A DNA stretch of 64,000 bases from an uncultured Gemmatimonadaceae bacterium (lineage in GTDB: Bacteria; Gemmatimonadota; Gemmatimonadetes; Gemmatimonadales; Gemmatimonadaceae), in the NCBI GenBank assembly GCA_963790305.1, contig CAWBOC010000010.1, positions 384,001 to 448,000 on the forward strand. The letters are read 5' to 3'. Shown piece by piece: positions 20,529 to 30,092 of this stretch. Numbering within the stretch: the first letter of the stretch is position 1; each line of letters begins with the position of its first letter. The translations under genes and the position numbers were made by a program. Under the pieces are notes generated by a model that did not search any database, was not told the DNA's origin, and was given only the letters and a program-made list of their open reading frames with translations.

Positions 20529-21119
20529 GTGACTCCCCGCCCGCGCACCGTCTCCGACGATGAGATCCTCGCCGCGACCGCGCGCGCGATGTCGAGAGTG
20601 CCTCCCACACGCTTCACGCTCGCTGAGGTGGCGCGCGAGGTGGGGCTCGCGCCGGCGACGCTGGTGCAGCGCTTCGGCTCGAAGCGCGGACTCCTCCTGG
20701 CGTTGTCTGCCCAGTCGGCGGGCAGCATGGACGCCTCCTTCGAGATGGTGCGCCACGCACACGCGTCGCCCCTCGAGGCCCTGCTCACGGCGGCTACGGA
20801 GATGGCGCGGTTCAGCCCGACGCCCGAGGAGTTGGCGAACTCGATTGCGTACCTCCACATCGACCTCAGCGACGCCGAGTTTCACACGCACATTCTGGAG
20901 AGCTCGCGGGCAATGCAGCGAGGGTATCGCACGCTGCTCGACGACGCCATCGAGGCGCGCGAGCTCGTGCAGTGTGATACCGAGCGCCTCGCGCGGGCGG
21001 TCGAGGCAGTGGCGGCCGGGTCGCTCATTGGCTGGGCGATTCACCGGAAGGGAAAAGCCGAAGCCTGGGTTCGCAAGGACCTCGAGACGCTGCTGGTTCC
21101 CTATCGTCGCGGCTCCTAA
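20529..21119 (+). CDS. TetR/AcrR family regulator
   Basis: PRPRTVSDDEIL...FTLAEVAREVGLAPATLVQRFGSK HTH. Confidence 0.92.
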   Translation: MTPRPRTVSDDEILAATARAMSRVPPTRFTLAEVAREVGLAPATLVQRFGSKRGLLLALSAQSAGSMDASFEMVRHAHASPLEALLTAATEMARFSPTPEELANSIAYLHIDLSDAEFHTHILESSRAMQRGYRTLLDDAIEARELVQCDTERLARAVEAVAAGSLIGWAIHRKGKAEAWVRKDLETLLVPYRRGS

Positions 21120-21994
21120 CGCCTCGCCTCGGGCCGCGCGATCCGAAACGACACATCGAGCTCCTTGCCTCCCGCAACCGCCATTATCGCGAGGGCGCCA
21201 GTCACCTGTGCGTTCTGATCATCGAGACGCTCGGCGCGGTAGAGGACGATCCCTTCCGCTTGCACCGGCGCGCTCACCGTCCACCCAGCGCGTCGAATCT
21301 GATCGGCGTAATGCGCGCCGACGGATGCCACACTTTGTGTCGTCTCGAGCCGTGTGAATGCCTCGCGCGAATCTCGCCCGCCTCCGCTGGATCCGGAGCC
21401 GGTCATGCGTGCATTGGGCGGCGTTTCCAGCAATGGCATGATCGGGTAGTCGAGCCCCCTCATCGTACGCCGCACGTCGGCTTCTTCCGCCTCCCTCGTG
21501 CACGAGAACCGCGGTTCGGGGTACGCCACGCTCACGTAGAGAAGACTCCCGCTCCGGTCGGGGCGCGCCCGGGCGGTGTACGAGAGAATCGCATTCCCCC
21601 GACAGAGTCTCGCGGGCATCGTGGACGTGCTCGGGACGAAGCCCCCGAATTGTCGGGGCATATCGGCGTTGCGCCAGCCGGCTCGGTCGAGCTGTGCCGC
21701 CAGCCGAGCCCGCGCGCTATCGGGCGACTCGGGGACCTCGGCGATCACCGAGGCCCCGCCTGCGTCGCGCTCCGAGCCGCCGAGTATTCTGATCCGCTCA
21801 CGGGGAAGGGCGTCGGCCGGAAAGCTTTCCGGCCGGCGGCCAACCACGATCTCGACCGAGGTCGCCGACATCCCCCAGCGGTCGAGCAGGGCGACCGCGA
21901 GCTCGCGAGGGATGGCGTCAGACGTCTGCTGCTGTGCGGGAAGCTCCGTCAGGGCTACGCTCGCCCAGGCGAGCGTGATGCCAATGGCTCGCAT
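21116..21994 (-). CDS. Secreted hypothetical protein
   Basis: Signal peptide; long ORF filling the gap between identified genes. Confidence 0.7.
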   Translation of the reverse strand: MRAIGITLAWASVALTELPAQQQTSDAIPRELAVALLDRWGMSATSVEIVVGRRPESFPADALPRERIRILGGSERDAGGASVIAEVPESPDSARARLAAQLDRAGWRNADMPRQFGGFVPSTSTMPARLCRGNAILSYTARARPDRSGSLLYVSVAYPEPRFSCTREAEEADVRRTMRGLDYPIMPLLETPPNARMTGSGSSGGGRDSREAFTRLETTQSVASVGAHYADQIRRAGWTVSAPVQAEGIVLYRAERLDDQNAQVTGALAIMAVAGGKELDVSFRIARPEARR

Positions 21995-22045
21995 ACTATT
22001 CCTCCGCCGCTTTGACTAGCAGACCGCGCGAAAGGCGTGCCTATC

Positions 22046-22603
22046 CTAGAGTCTGCGAATCACCTTGCAGGGGTTGCCTGCCGCCACCACGCCTGATGGG
22101 ATGTCGCGGGAGACCACGCTCCCCGCGCCGATGGTCGTGTCATCGCCGATGGTCACGCCCGGGAGCACGATCGCGCCCCCGCCGATCCACACCCGCTTAC
22201 CGATGGTAATGGGCTTTCCGAGCTCTGGTCCAGCGACGCGCGCCGCTGCCTCACGAGGGTGATCGGCGGTGTAGAGCTGGACGTAGGGGCCGAGCTGGGT
22301 TTGTGCGCCGATCCGAATAGGAGCGGGATCGAGCAGGACGCAGCCGAAATTGAGGAACACGTCTTCGTCGAGCTCGATCTGGGTTCCGTAGTCGCAATAG
22401 AATGGCGGCTCTATCCACGCTCCTGGCCCCACCTTGCCGAGGAGATCCATGAGGATCGCGAGGCGCTCCGCGCTGTTCTCAGGTGAAGACGCGTTGAAGT
22501 GCATCCAGAGCAGCCGCGCCCGTTGTCGCGCGCCGACGAGCACCGGATCCGACGCCAGGTACAGCTCGCCGCGCAGCATCTTCGCCCGCTCGGTATCTGT
22601 CAT
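22046..22603 (-). CDS. maa: Maltose/sugar O-acetyltransferase
   Basis: KMLRGELY, IEPPFYCDYG, hexapeptide repeats, GNPCKVIR. Confidence 0.92.
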   Translation of the reverse strand: MTDTERAKMLRGELYLASDPVLVGARQRARLLWMHFNASSPENSAERLAILMDLLGKVGPGAWIEPPFYCDYGTQIELDEDVFLNFGCVLLDPAPIRIGAQTQLGPYVQLYTADHPREAAARVAGPELGKPITIGKRVWIGGGAIVLPGVTIGDDTTIGAGSVVSRDIPSGVVAAGNPCKVIRRL

Positions 22604-22626
22604 CTCGGTGCGGTGGAGAGTTGTTA

Positions 22627-22753
22627 GGGGTCAGGAGTCAGGAGTCAGAGGTCAGGGGGTGTCAGGGAATAGGTTGGAGGAGAACGGCTCGCGCACTCCT
22701 GTGAACCTCATTCCCTGACACCCCCTGATCCCTGACTCCTGACTCCTGACCCC
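22627..22753. repeat. (GGAGTCA)n ... (TGACTCC)n inverted heptamer element
   Basis: ggggtcaggagtcaggagtcagaggtcagggggtgtcagggaat ... attccctgacaccccctgatccctgactcctgactcctgacccc. Confidence 0.9.
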
Positions 22754-22774
22754 TCGGGAATCAACAGCCCGACA

Positions 22775-23395
22775 TCACGATACCAGCCGAGCCAATTCCG
22801 CGAAGTACTCCGGCTTCCGCGTCGAGAACAGCCCGTACCACGCCTCGAGCACCTCGGGGTCGTAGAGATCCAATCGCCGATAGATGTGATACGCGAACTC
22901 GAGCGGCGCCATCGACGCGGCGGTGATGAGGTCGCCGTCGGTCACCGCGGGCTCGTCCTCGTAGTGCGCACCGCCGCGATAGCCGGTTGCCGCGATGTAT
23001 TCGCGCGCGTTACTGGTGTGACGGCGCTCGTCGAGGAGCCCGCCGCGCGCGAGACCCGCCGTCGCGCCGCAGATCGCCGCGACGGGAACTCCGCTCGCGA
23101 GAAACTCCCGAGCCTTCTCGACAGCTTCGGTGTTTCCCCCTTCGTCCCACACATCGCCTCCGGGCAGGAGCAGCATCCGGCTGTCCGCAGGTGCGAGCTC
23201 ATCGAGCGTGAGGTCGGGGACGATGCGCACTCCGCCAGACGTGACGATGGGATCGCGTCGCAATGCAACGGTGCGGACCTGCCACTGATTGGGCACGCGG
23301 TGAAATTGCGTGTTGTGGACGCCCGCGATCGCGAAGCCATGCTCCCAGTCGGCCAGCGTGTCGAAGACGTAGCAGTGGACGGTGGATTTAGACAT
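22775..23395 (-). CDS. DJ-1/PfpI family protein
   Basis: DTLADWE, LLLPGG, AAICGAT, HTSN, DGDLITA. Confidence 0.92.
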   Translation of the reverse strand: MSKSTVHCYVFDTLADWEHGFAIAGVHNTQFHRVPNQWQVRTVALRRDPIVTSGGVRIVPDLTLDELAPADSRMLLLPGGDVWDEGGNTEAVEKAREFLASGVPVAAICGATAGLARGGLLDERRHTSNAREYIAATGYRGGAHYEDEPAVTDGDLITAASMAPLEFAYHIYRRLDLYDPEVLEAWYGLFSTRKPEYFAELARLVS

Positions 23396-23418
23396 AAGGC
23401 TCCTCTAGCGGCGACGAC

Positions 23419-23501
23419 GAATGCGGAATGCGGACCGCGGAATTCGTTCGACTGAGAAACACGTTATCGACTTCCGCAGTCCGCATTCCGCATTCCGCAT
23501 T
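23419..23501. repeat. (GCGGAAT)n ... (ATTCCGC)n element, copy 2
   Basis: gaatgcggaatgcggaccgcggaa ... ttccgcagtccgcattccgcattccgcatt. Confidence 0.85.
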
Positions 23502-23505
23502 GCAG

Positions 23506-24075
23506 TCAACTGCATCCCTCCACCAACTGCACGGCCGGCACCCGGCCGGCGCGATAGGTGGTAACGCGACCCTTCAAGGTCTCGAAGATGATGCGGTGCA
23601 GGCTGTCGCCCGGAGGGGTCACCACGACATAGTGGCCGTCAGGATAGGTGTACTTGTGCGGCTCGATCCGCGCCCGGGCGCCGTACAGCTCGAGCACGCG
23701 CGACTCACTGTCGCCCACCTGCGCTCCCTCGGCAGTCCGAATGCCGGCCGAGTCGATCTCGACACGCGCAACGGTGTCGTCGATGACCATCAGGAGAACT
23801 CCCTCGGGCAGCGACGCGGGGTTCACATGATCACACCCGGCCTGTGTCACGCGCAGCGTCTCGCCTAACGTCCGCGAGGCGGCCGCGAGCGACACCCCCA
23901 CGCGGAGGCGACCGATTCCATCGGCGCGAACGATCCATTGTGGCGGAGCCGTGTCGGCGGCCACCGCGGAATCACGCGTCGTATCGGCGGTGACCGACGC
24001 GGTGTCGACGCTGTCGCGTGCTGCAGGGGAGCAGGCGAGCAGCGCGATGAGAAGCAGCCGCCTCGCGTCAATCAC
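23506..24075 (-). CDS. Hypothetical lipoprotein (start approximate)
   Basis: Lipobox LLAC; DGIGRLRVG, PHKY, C-terminal EGCS. Confidence 0.7.
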   Translation of the reverse strand: MIDARRLLLIALLACSPAARDSVDTASVTADTTRDSAVAADTAPPQWIVRADGIGRLRVGVSLAAASRTLGETLRVTQAGCDHVNPASLPEGVLLMVIDDTVARVEIDSAGIRTAEGAQVGDSESRVLELYGARARIEPHKYTYPDGHYVVVTPPGDSLHRIIFETLKGRVTTYRAGRVPAVQLVEGCS

Positions 24076-24132
24076 GGTCACGTGTGTACACGGTTTTCGA
24101 TCACTCGAGCCTCCAATATCGACCACCGCACG

Positions 24133-24585
24133 TTACCCCCGCTCGCGCCCTTTGGCGAGGTGTTTCTGCTCGCCCACCGCATACGCTTCGGCCAGCCACC
24201 CCCGAAATTCGGCGTCGATCTCCTCCAGGGTCATGATGCGGAAAGCGTGGAGGTGATTGCGCGGCGAAAACGTCTGGACGCTCCGAAAGCGCGGACTCTC
24301 GAGTCGTCGCGCGAGCACGACGTGTCCATCGAGCCACGCTCGACGCGGCGTCACCTGGGCAAATGACATGCGAACGTGGAAGGCGATGCGCGTTTTCTCG
24401 GGAAGAACTTCCACCGGCCCGATGTCGCGGATGGCCGCCACCACGGCATCGAACATCTTGCGGATGCGCGCGGGCTTGCCGGCGAAGTGGTGCTCCAGAT
24501 CGTGCTTGCCGCAGGCGTGCGTCTGATTGCGATTGGCGAATTCGCGGCCGCACTGCTCGCATCGCCACAGCGGCGCCTGGCTCAG
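24133..24585 (-). CDS. DUF5655-like protein with N-terminal Cys/His finger (start uncertain)
   Basis: The frame extends upstream of the ORF-track ATG: LWRCEQCGREFANRNQTHACG; C-terminal WLAEAYAVGEQ. Confidence 0.7.
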   Translation of the reverse strand: MSQAPLWRCEQCGREFANRNQTHACGKHDLEHHFAGKPARIRKMFDAVVAAIRDIGPVEVLPEKTRIAFHVRMSFAQVTPRRAWLDGHVVLARRLESPRFRSVQTFSPRNHLHAFRIMTLEEIDAEFRGWLAEAYAVGEQKHLAKGRERG

Positions 24586-24727
24586 GGCATGACTCGCGAA
24601 CGGCTCATGCCCGATGATACGACGACCGCGGCGGCGGCACCACGCTCACGCCAGCCATCGCCTCGATACTATTGTGTCGGCGGGGTGTTCGGCGTAGCAT
24701 GTCTGCTCCGCAACAGTGGGATTCGCA

Positions 24728-26626
24728 ATGCCGCAGTCCCTGACCATCCTCGCGCTGGGGGTGGTGGCGATGATGGGCCCGTCGACGTTCGACGACGTCA
24801 CCACGCCCGTTTCCCCTCAAAAGCCAGCGCGGGTCGTTTTCAACGACAATCGCACCCCCGCGGGTGCGCTGCGTTCTGGCGTGCTGACGCTGCGCCTCGT
24901 CGCCCAACCGGCGATCTGGCGACCAGAGGGTCCCAGCGCTCCCGATCTGTCGGTGTACGCATTCGCCGAAGAGGGGAAGCCGCCGCGCATTCCTGGCCCA
25001 CTCATTCGCGTACCTGTCGGGACGGAGATCCAGGTCAACGTCCGAAACGCGCTCCCCGACACGCTGCGCGTCTACGGGCTCCAGGACCGTCCGGCGGAAC
25101 GAACGGACAGCCTCGACCTCGCTCCGGGGAAGAGCACGCTGCTCAAGATCCGCGCGGCCGCGGCAGGAACGTACTTCTACTACGCGCGCACGTCGCGCGA
25201 CACCTTTCCGTTCGGGCACATGGCCGACGGTCAGCTGAGCGGGGCGATCATCGTCGACACCCTGGGCGCTCCGCAACCCGCCACCGACCGCGTGTTCGTG
25301 GTTGGGTTGTGGCGGGGTAACGAAACGCCGTTCGGAACGCCGGTCGAGAAGCGACAAGAGGTGCTCGTGTTCAACGGGCGCGCCTGGCCCAACACCGAGC
25401 GGCTGTCCTATAGCGTCGGTGACACGCTCCATTGGCGATTCATCAATGCGACGCGACGCGGTCATCCCCTCCATCTGCATGGGTTCTACTACCGCGTCGA
25501 CGCGCGCGGCAACGCGACGCGCGACACGCTCTTCGCCGAACCCGACCGACGAACGGTCGTCACCGAGCTCGTGGTGCGTGGAACGACCATGGGGATGACG
25601 TGGTCACCCCACACGGCGGGGAACTGGCTTTTCCACTGCCACGTCGTTGAGCACATCTCGGGGCACTCGCGACCCTCGGGCCTGTTTCCCGCGGAGCACC
25701 GCTCGCACGGCTCGGCCCCGGGCGGTGTCCACGAGATGTCCGGCCTGGTGATGGGGATTCACGTCCGGCCGAGACCTAACGATCCGGCCCGTCTACCCGA
25801 CCCGCCGCAGCGCGAGCTCCGGCTCTTCGTGACCCAACGCCCCGCCTTCTACGGCGGCCGCAGCGCCTTCGCGTTCGTGCTTCAGGAGGGCGATCGCGAG
25901 CCCACGTCCGACTCGCTCCGACTCCCGGGCTCGACGATTACGCTGGTGCGCGGGGAGCCGGCGGCGATCACGGTCGTCAATCGCGCACGGGAGCCGGTCA
26001 GCGTGCATTGGCACGGGATCGAGCTCGACAGCTACTTCAATGGTGTCGGTCACTGGAGCGGCATTGGCGAGCGTCTGGCACCGACGATCGCACCGGGCGA
26101 TTCCTTCGTCGCGCGCATGACGCCGCCGCGGGCCGGTACCTTCATGTATCACACCCACGCCCATGAGGTCGAGCAGATGATCGGCGGCTTGTATGGCCCG
26201 CTCATCGTCCTCGAGCCGGGTCAGCCGCGAGACCCGATGACCGATCGCATTCTCATGCTCAGCACGAGTGGGTCCGCCGCGCAGTCGCCGAACGTGAACG
26301 GGGACACGACGGTCGTGCCGCTCGAGCTCCGCAAAGGCACGACGTACCGGCTGCGCTTTCTCGCATTAGCACCTAACGAGGGCAGGCTGGTGCGACTTCT
26401 GGCTGACACCGTGGTACAGCGATGGCGCCCGCTCGCCAAAGACGGGGCGACCCTGCCCGCGAACCAGGCGGTCGCGCGCCCCGCGCGCTTGGCGATGGGC
26501 ACGGGAGAGACGTGGGATGTCGAGCTGACGCCGTCCGAGACACGGGAGCTGACGCTCGAAATCCTGACGGTGGGCCGTGGGTTGCCGCCGGTGCGAACGC
26601 GGATTCCGGTGCGCGTGCGGGACTAG
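24728..26626 (+). CDS. Multicopper oxidase with permuted motif order (1)
   Basis: HPLHLHG and HCHVVEH precede VHWHG and YHTH; signal peptide. Confidence 0.88.
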   Translation: MPQSLTILALGVVAMMGPSTFDDVTTPVSPQKPARVVFNDNRTPAGALRSGVLTLRLVAQPAIWRPEGPSAPDLSVYAFAEEGKPPRIPGPLIRVPVGTEIQVNVRNALPDTLRVYGLQDRPAERTDSLDLAPGKSTLLKIRAAAAGTYFYYARTSRDTFPFGHMADGQLSGAIIVDTLGAPQPATDRVFVVGLWRGNETPFGTPVEKRQEVLVFNGRAWPNTERLSYSVGDTLHWRFINATRRGHPLHLHGFYYRVDARGNATRDTLFAEPDRRTVVTELVVRGTTMGMTWSPHTAGNWLFHCHVVEHISGHSRPSGLFPAEHRSHGSAPGGVHEMSGLVMGIHVRPRPNDPARLPDPPQRELRLFVTQRPAFYGGRSAFAFVLQEGDREPTSDSLRLPGSTITLVRGEPAAITVVNRAREPVSVHWHGIELDSYFNGVGHWSGIGERLAPTIAPGDSFVARMTPPRAGTFMYHTHAHEVEQMIGGLYGPLIVLEPGQPRDPMTDRILMLSTSGSAAQSPNVNGDTTVVPLELRKGTTYRLRFLALAPNEGRLVRLLADTVVQRWRPLAKDGATLPANQAVARPARLAMGTGETWDVELTPSETRELTLEILTVGRGLPPVRTRIPVRVRD

Positions 26627-26991
26627 TCCGGCCCTAACGCCGCCGCCAGCTTTTTCGGCGCCGCCAGGCGGTATGCCTCGCGGAGGATGTCGCCCAGCTC
26701 CGCCCAGTCGCACTTCCCGTCGAGGTAGACGCCCACCCATCCGCTCGGGCCCACGTACGGCGGCTTGAAGAACCGGTTGGGTGCCTCGCGGATGAGAAAC
26801 TCCTGATTGACGTGCACCGACTTGCACCACACCGACGAGCGTCCACCGCCGTGGTGGGTCGACGCGTCCGCGTACATCGCGAAGATCTTGTTGCGCACGC
26901 GGAACGTTGGCTCGCCCCACGCCTCGACTTCGTGCGCCTCGGGAAGGGCGAGGCACATCTTGCGAAGGCGGGTCAGCGGCCGGGGCGGCAT
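26623..26991 (-). CDS. MmcQ/YjbR family protein
   Basis: CLALPEAHEVEAWGEPTFRVRNKIFA, PPYVGPSGWVGV, AYRLAAP. Confidence 0.9.
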   Translation of the reverse strand: MPPRPLTRLRKMCLALPEAHEVEAWGEPTFRVRNKIFAMYADASTHHGGGRSSVWCKSVHVNQEFLIREAPNRFFKPPYVGPSGWVGVYLDGKCDWAELGDILREAYRLAAPKKLAAALGPD

Positions 26992-26992
26992 C

Positions 26993-27133
26993 CTACCGGG
27001 CGCGCTTCGACGCCCCGCGCTTTCGCGCTGCTCCCCTCGCATTGGCGCGCCGCCAGCAGATCTCACATCGCGCGCCACGATACTTGTGTCCGCGCGAGCA
27101 GGTCTTCCATCCTGATTTGCGAGCCTTCGGCAT
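26993..27133 (-). CDS. 46-aa basic small protein with a C-x3-H-x6-C-x2-C putative zinc finger
   Basis: GAGGAG RBS 6 nt before [49 protein letters not shown]; stop lies 1 nt before the next ATG. Confidence 0.75.
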   Translation of the reverse strand: MPKARKSGWKTCSRGHKYRGARCEICWRRANARGAARKRGASKRAR

Positions 27134-27200
27134 CCGTCACTCCTCTAGGGTGATGATGTGGCGGCGAGCGCAACCAGACAGGCCCAGCGCGCGCGCGGCG

Positions 27201-27602
27201 TCACAGGCGCCGTTGTCCCTGGGCATCGCAGGCGAAGGCGCGGCCGTTGGCATCGTAGCACGTGCCGTACGGACTCCGTCCATCGCCGGTAAAGGCCGCG
27301 AGACCAATACCGACAATGGCGAGAACCACCAGCCCGGCCGCGGCCGCGGCAACAACGCCCAGCGTGAGTCGGTTACGCAGCGACCGCGGGTGGCGGTCGA
27401 GAAGTCCCCAGCTCGCGTAGCTCGCGGCGGCGCCGAGCATCGCCGCGACCGGCCACCAGCCAGGCGCGAAAACCAGCGTCGCCGCGGCGGCGACCGAGGA
27501 GGCCATCGCCTGCTCGACCAACGATCGGCGCGATCGCTGGCGCGCACGTGCGGCGAACATCTGGAATACCGTTTCCCCGCCGTCAGTACGGTCGACGACC
27601 AT
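27201..27602 (-). CDS. Hypothetical membrane protein
   Basis: GGAG RBS, three hydrophobic segments, C-terminal CYDANGRAFAC. Confidence 0.65.
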   Translation of the reverse strand: MVVDRTDGGETVFQMFAARARQRSRRSLVEQAMASSVAAAATLVFAPGWWPVAAMLGAAASYASWGLLDRHPRSLRNRLTLGVVAAAAAGLVVLAIVGIGLAAFTGDGRSPYGTCYDANGRAFACDAQGQRRL

Positions 27603-27638
27603 GGCCACTCCGCCTAGACTCCAAACGCCCACTTCGAA

Positions 27639-28163
27639 CTACAGGAGCATCTCAAAATACACCAGGGGAACGCCGCGATAGGTCGCATCCCCGACGTGGC
27701 GGAACCCGGCTCGCGAATAGAAGCCGCCAGCCCCGGCCGGACTGTCGTAGGCGTCGAGACGGATCGCGTCCGCCGGCCAGGCGCGGGCAATGGCAACGAT
27801 CTCGTCGATGCACACCCGCCCGACGCCACGTCGCTGATAATCCGGACGCACCGCCATGTTGGTGAGATAGAGCGGCCGCTCGCAGCGGGTGAAATACGAT
27901 TTGTCGATTGCCCACGGCTTTCGTGTGCCGAGCGCGAACGTCGCAACCTCGGCTCGCCCGCTTCGCGCCAGCCACACCCTCGAGATGCGCAAGTCGTACA
28001 TCGTGCCTCGCTCAGTCGGCTCGCCCGACCAATGGCCCCGGCCGAATCGTTCCGTCAGATCCCGCGCGGTCGCGGTGCGAAGTGCGACGACCGCTTTGAC
28101 GTCCTCCTTCGAGCGTGCCTCGCGAAAACTCAGGCGCGTACCGGCTCCCGAAGGCTGCCTCAG
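27639..28163 (-). CDS. GNAT acetyltransferase (start approximate)
   Basis: YLTNMAVRPDYQRRGVG, GGFYSRAGF. Confidence 0.85.
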   Translation of the reverse strand: MRQPSGAGTRLSFREARSKEDVKAVVALRTATARDLTERFGRGHWSGEPTERGTMYDLRISRVWLARSGRAEVATFALGTRKPWAIDKSYFTRCERPLYLTNMAVRPDYQRRGVGRVCIDEIVAIARAWPADAIRLDAYDSPAGAGGFYSRAGFRHVGDATYRGVPLVYFEMLL

Positions 28164-28558
28164 AGCGGAACCAGCTCGGTCGTCGTTCCCCGTGATTTCG
28201 CGCGGCCGAGGTCGCGCGCGTATTTCGACGAGCCGGGCGTATGGTATTTCTCGAGGTACGCGCGAGACACGGCATCCTTCAAGCGCTCGCTCTTCGTGAA
28301 CACGGCGCGAACACGGATCTCCCGTCCCTTCACGCTCACTGCGCCGCGTGGCTCCTCGAGGAACGTGCGATACCAGCTTCGTGGCTTGAGGCTCCACGAT
28401 CTGACGAAGACGCGATCGCCGACCATCACGAACCGAATGCCAATGAACCGGTGCGGTTCGGTGCCGGCGCGGATGCCGATCACGTTGTCGTCGCGCAATG
28501 CCGCAAGAATCTTCGCCGGGAACTTGCGGCGCGCGCGCGCCTTCGTGCTCGGACTCAC
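28160..28558 (-). CDS. DUF2255-like protein
   Basis: IGIRAG...VGDRVFVRSW...WYR...AYLEKY. Confidence 0.7.
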   Translation of the reverse strand: MSPSTKARARRKFPAKILAALRDDNVIGIRAGTEPHRFIGIRFVMVGDRVFVRSWSLKPRSWYRTFLEEPRGAVSVKGREIRVRAVFTKSERLKDAVSRAYLEKYHTPGSSKYARDLGRAKSRGTTTELVPL

Positions 28559-28709
28559 CGATCGGCCACCACGAACGCTCGCAGAGTGAGTGACAATGCG
28601 CCGTGTCGAACGGAACAGAGAGTCATCGTTGAACTCCAGGTCCGTAGAAGTCCCATGGGCGAACGGGACGGTACGAGGGCGGGCAGTAGGATAGTGCCGT
28701 GTTCGTCCG

Positions 28710-29387
28710 CTAGCCAGACACCTCGGCGATAAAAAGAGCGGAGGCGGGCTTCTGCGTGTTCGGATGGAGCGGCTCGCGCACCTCGAGAAGCCGGAATCCA
28801 CTCTCGCTGAAGAGCTTTATCCAGGTCTCGAGGGTGCGGAAGTACCAGGGTGCGGGATCGGTGAACTCGGTGCCGAACCCCGCCCACGAGCCGGTGCGCC
28901 ACCCATCCATGTAAGGCTGATCGCCGCTGGCGATCAGCGGGTGCAGCGTCTGCACGATGAGCGCGCCACCCTCGTTGAGCAGGGCGGGCGCGTGATGGAT
29001 CAGGTCGTTGACGGAATCCTTACCGAGCAGCGCGAAGTTCGCCACGGCGACGTCGACTCTGATCCGGAGCTCGCCTTCCGCGAGCGCCTCGTACGAGGCG
29101 ACATGAAACTCCCCGCCGCCGGCGCGGGCGGCCTGCTCGACGAGGGCAGGCACCACGTCGACGCCGATGGCGCGGATGCCCTGTGTCGCGAGAGCGCGTA
29201 CCAGCCACCCCTCTCCGCACCCAATGTCGAGCACGACGTTAGGCGACCGGCCGAGGACGGCGTCAATGATCGCCTGATTGGTGACGAGCGTGCGGCTCTC
29301 GATCTGGCTCTCGCGCACGGCATTCGTCCACGGCGCGGCGTTCTTGCGCCAGGAGTCGACGATCTTGGCGTCTGATAGCGGATCCAT
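28710..29387 (-). CDS. Class I SAM-dependent methyltransferase
   Basis: VLDIGCGEGW, GVD, QTLHP, WYFRT. Confidence 0.9.
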   Translation of the reverse strand: MDPLSDAKIVDSWRKNAAPWTNAVRESQIESRTLVTNQAIIDAVLGRSPNVVLDIGCGEGWLVRALATQGIRAIGVDVVPALVEQAARAGGGEFHVASYEALAEGELRIRVDVAVANFALLGKDSVNDLIHHAPALLNEGGALIVQTLHPLIASGDQPYMDGWRTGSWAGFGTEFTDPAPWYFRTLETWIKLFSESGFRLLEVREPLHPNTQKPASALFIAEVSG

Positions 29388-29953
29388 CACGGGGGAGAGT
29401 CCGGTGTCGGATTGCAATCGCCATTCAGTGTCTTCCGCATACGAATCACGCGCAGCCCGAGCCCGTCAGGCATCCCGATCACGAGCTCCTCGACGGAGGC
29501 GAAGGCGAGGGCGCGATACAGCGGCTCGCCGGGCAAGGTGGATACGAGCTCCAACTCTCGGAAGCCGGCAGCCAGAGCGGCGTCGGCGCAGGCCTGGTAC
29601 AGCTGACGGGCGAGGCCTCGCCGAGTCCACAGGGGGTGAACGAAGAACGCCCTGATCCTTGCCGGTTCTCGCTCGGGATCGAGTACTGGGTCGGCAGCCC
29701 CTTTCATCTGGTCGCCACCATACAGCGTGGCGCGGCGGCTCCATCCCCCCGCGGCGACGATTGCTCCTTCTGCCTCGATGACGAAATACGTGCCGTCCGC
29801 GATCAGCTGCGAGTCGGGGCCAAAGACCCAGCGCAACGAGCTCGCGATCTGTTCTTCGGAATAGTATCCGGCACTCAGTACGCGAACCGAGGCATCAATG
29901 AGCGCCCGGATTGCCGGGACGTCGTCGACCGTTGCGACACGGAGGTCGGGCAT
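29387..29953 (-). CDS. GNAT acetyltransferase
   Basis: ARIRAFFVHPLWTRRGLA, TLPGEPLY; the ORF-track ORF is over-extended. Confidence 0.88.
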   Translation of the reverse strand: MPDLRVATVDDVPAIRALIDASVRVLSAGYYSEEQIASSLRWVFGPDSQLIADGTYFVIEAEGAIVAAGGWSRRATLYGGDQMKGAADPVLDPEREPARIRAFFVHPLWTRRGLARQLYQACADAALAAGFRELELVSTLPGEPLYRALAFASVEELVIGMPDGLGLRVIRMRKTLNGDCNPTPDSPP

Positions 29954-30092
29954 GGGAGGCGCGCGACACAGAGTGACCCCATAGTAGAACCGCCGCTGCG
30001 TCACGGGAAGTAGCCAACGCGATGCTTGACGCTGTGCGCCAGGCGCCGTATCCCATTCTCCATCACGGTCGATCCATATTGACGGAGGGACT

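Noticed and set aside
29960..30092. Cobalamin or TPP riboswitch ahead of the TonB receptor
   Set aside because: The leader is short and lacks the conserved motifs; only promoter-like TTGACG and an RBS are visible.
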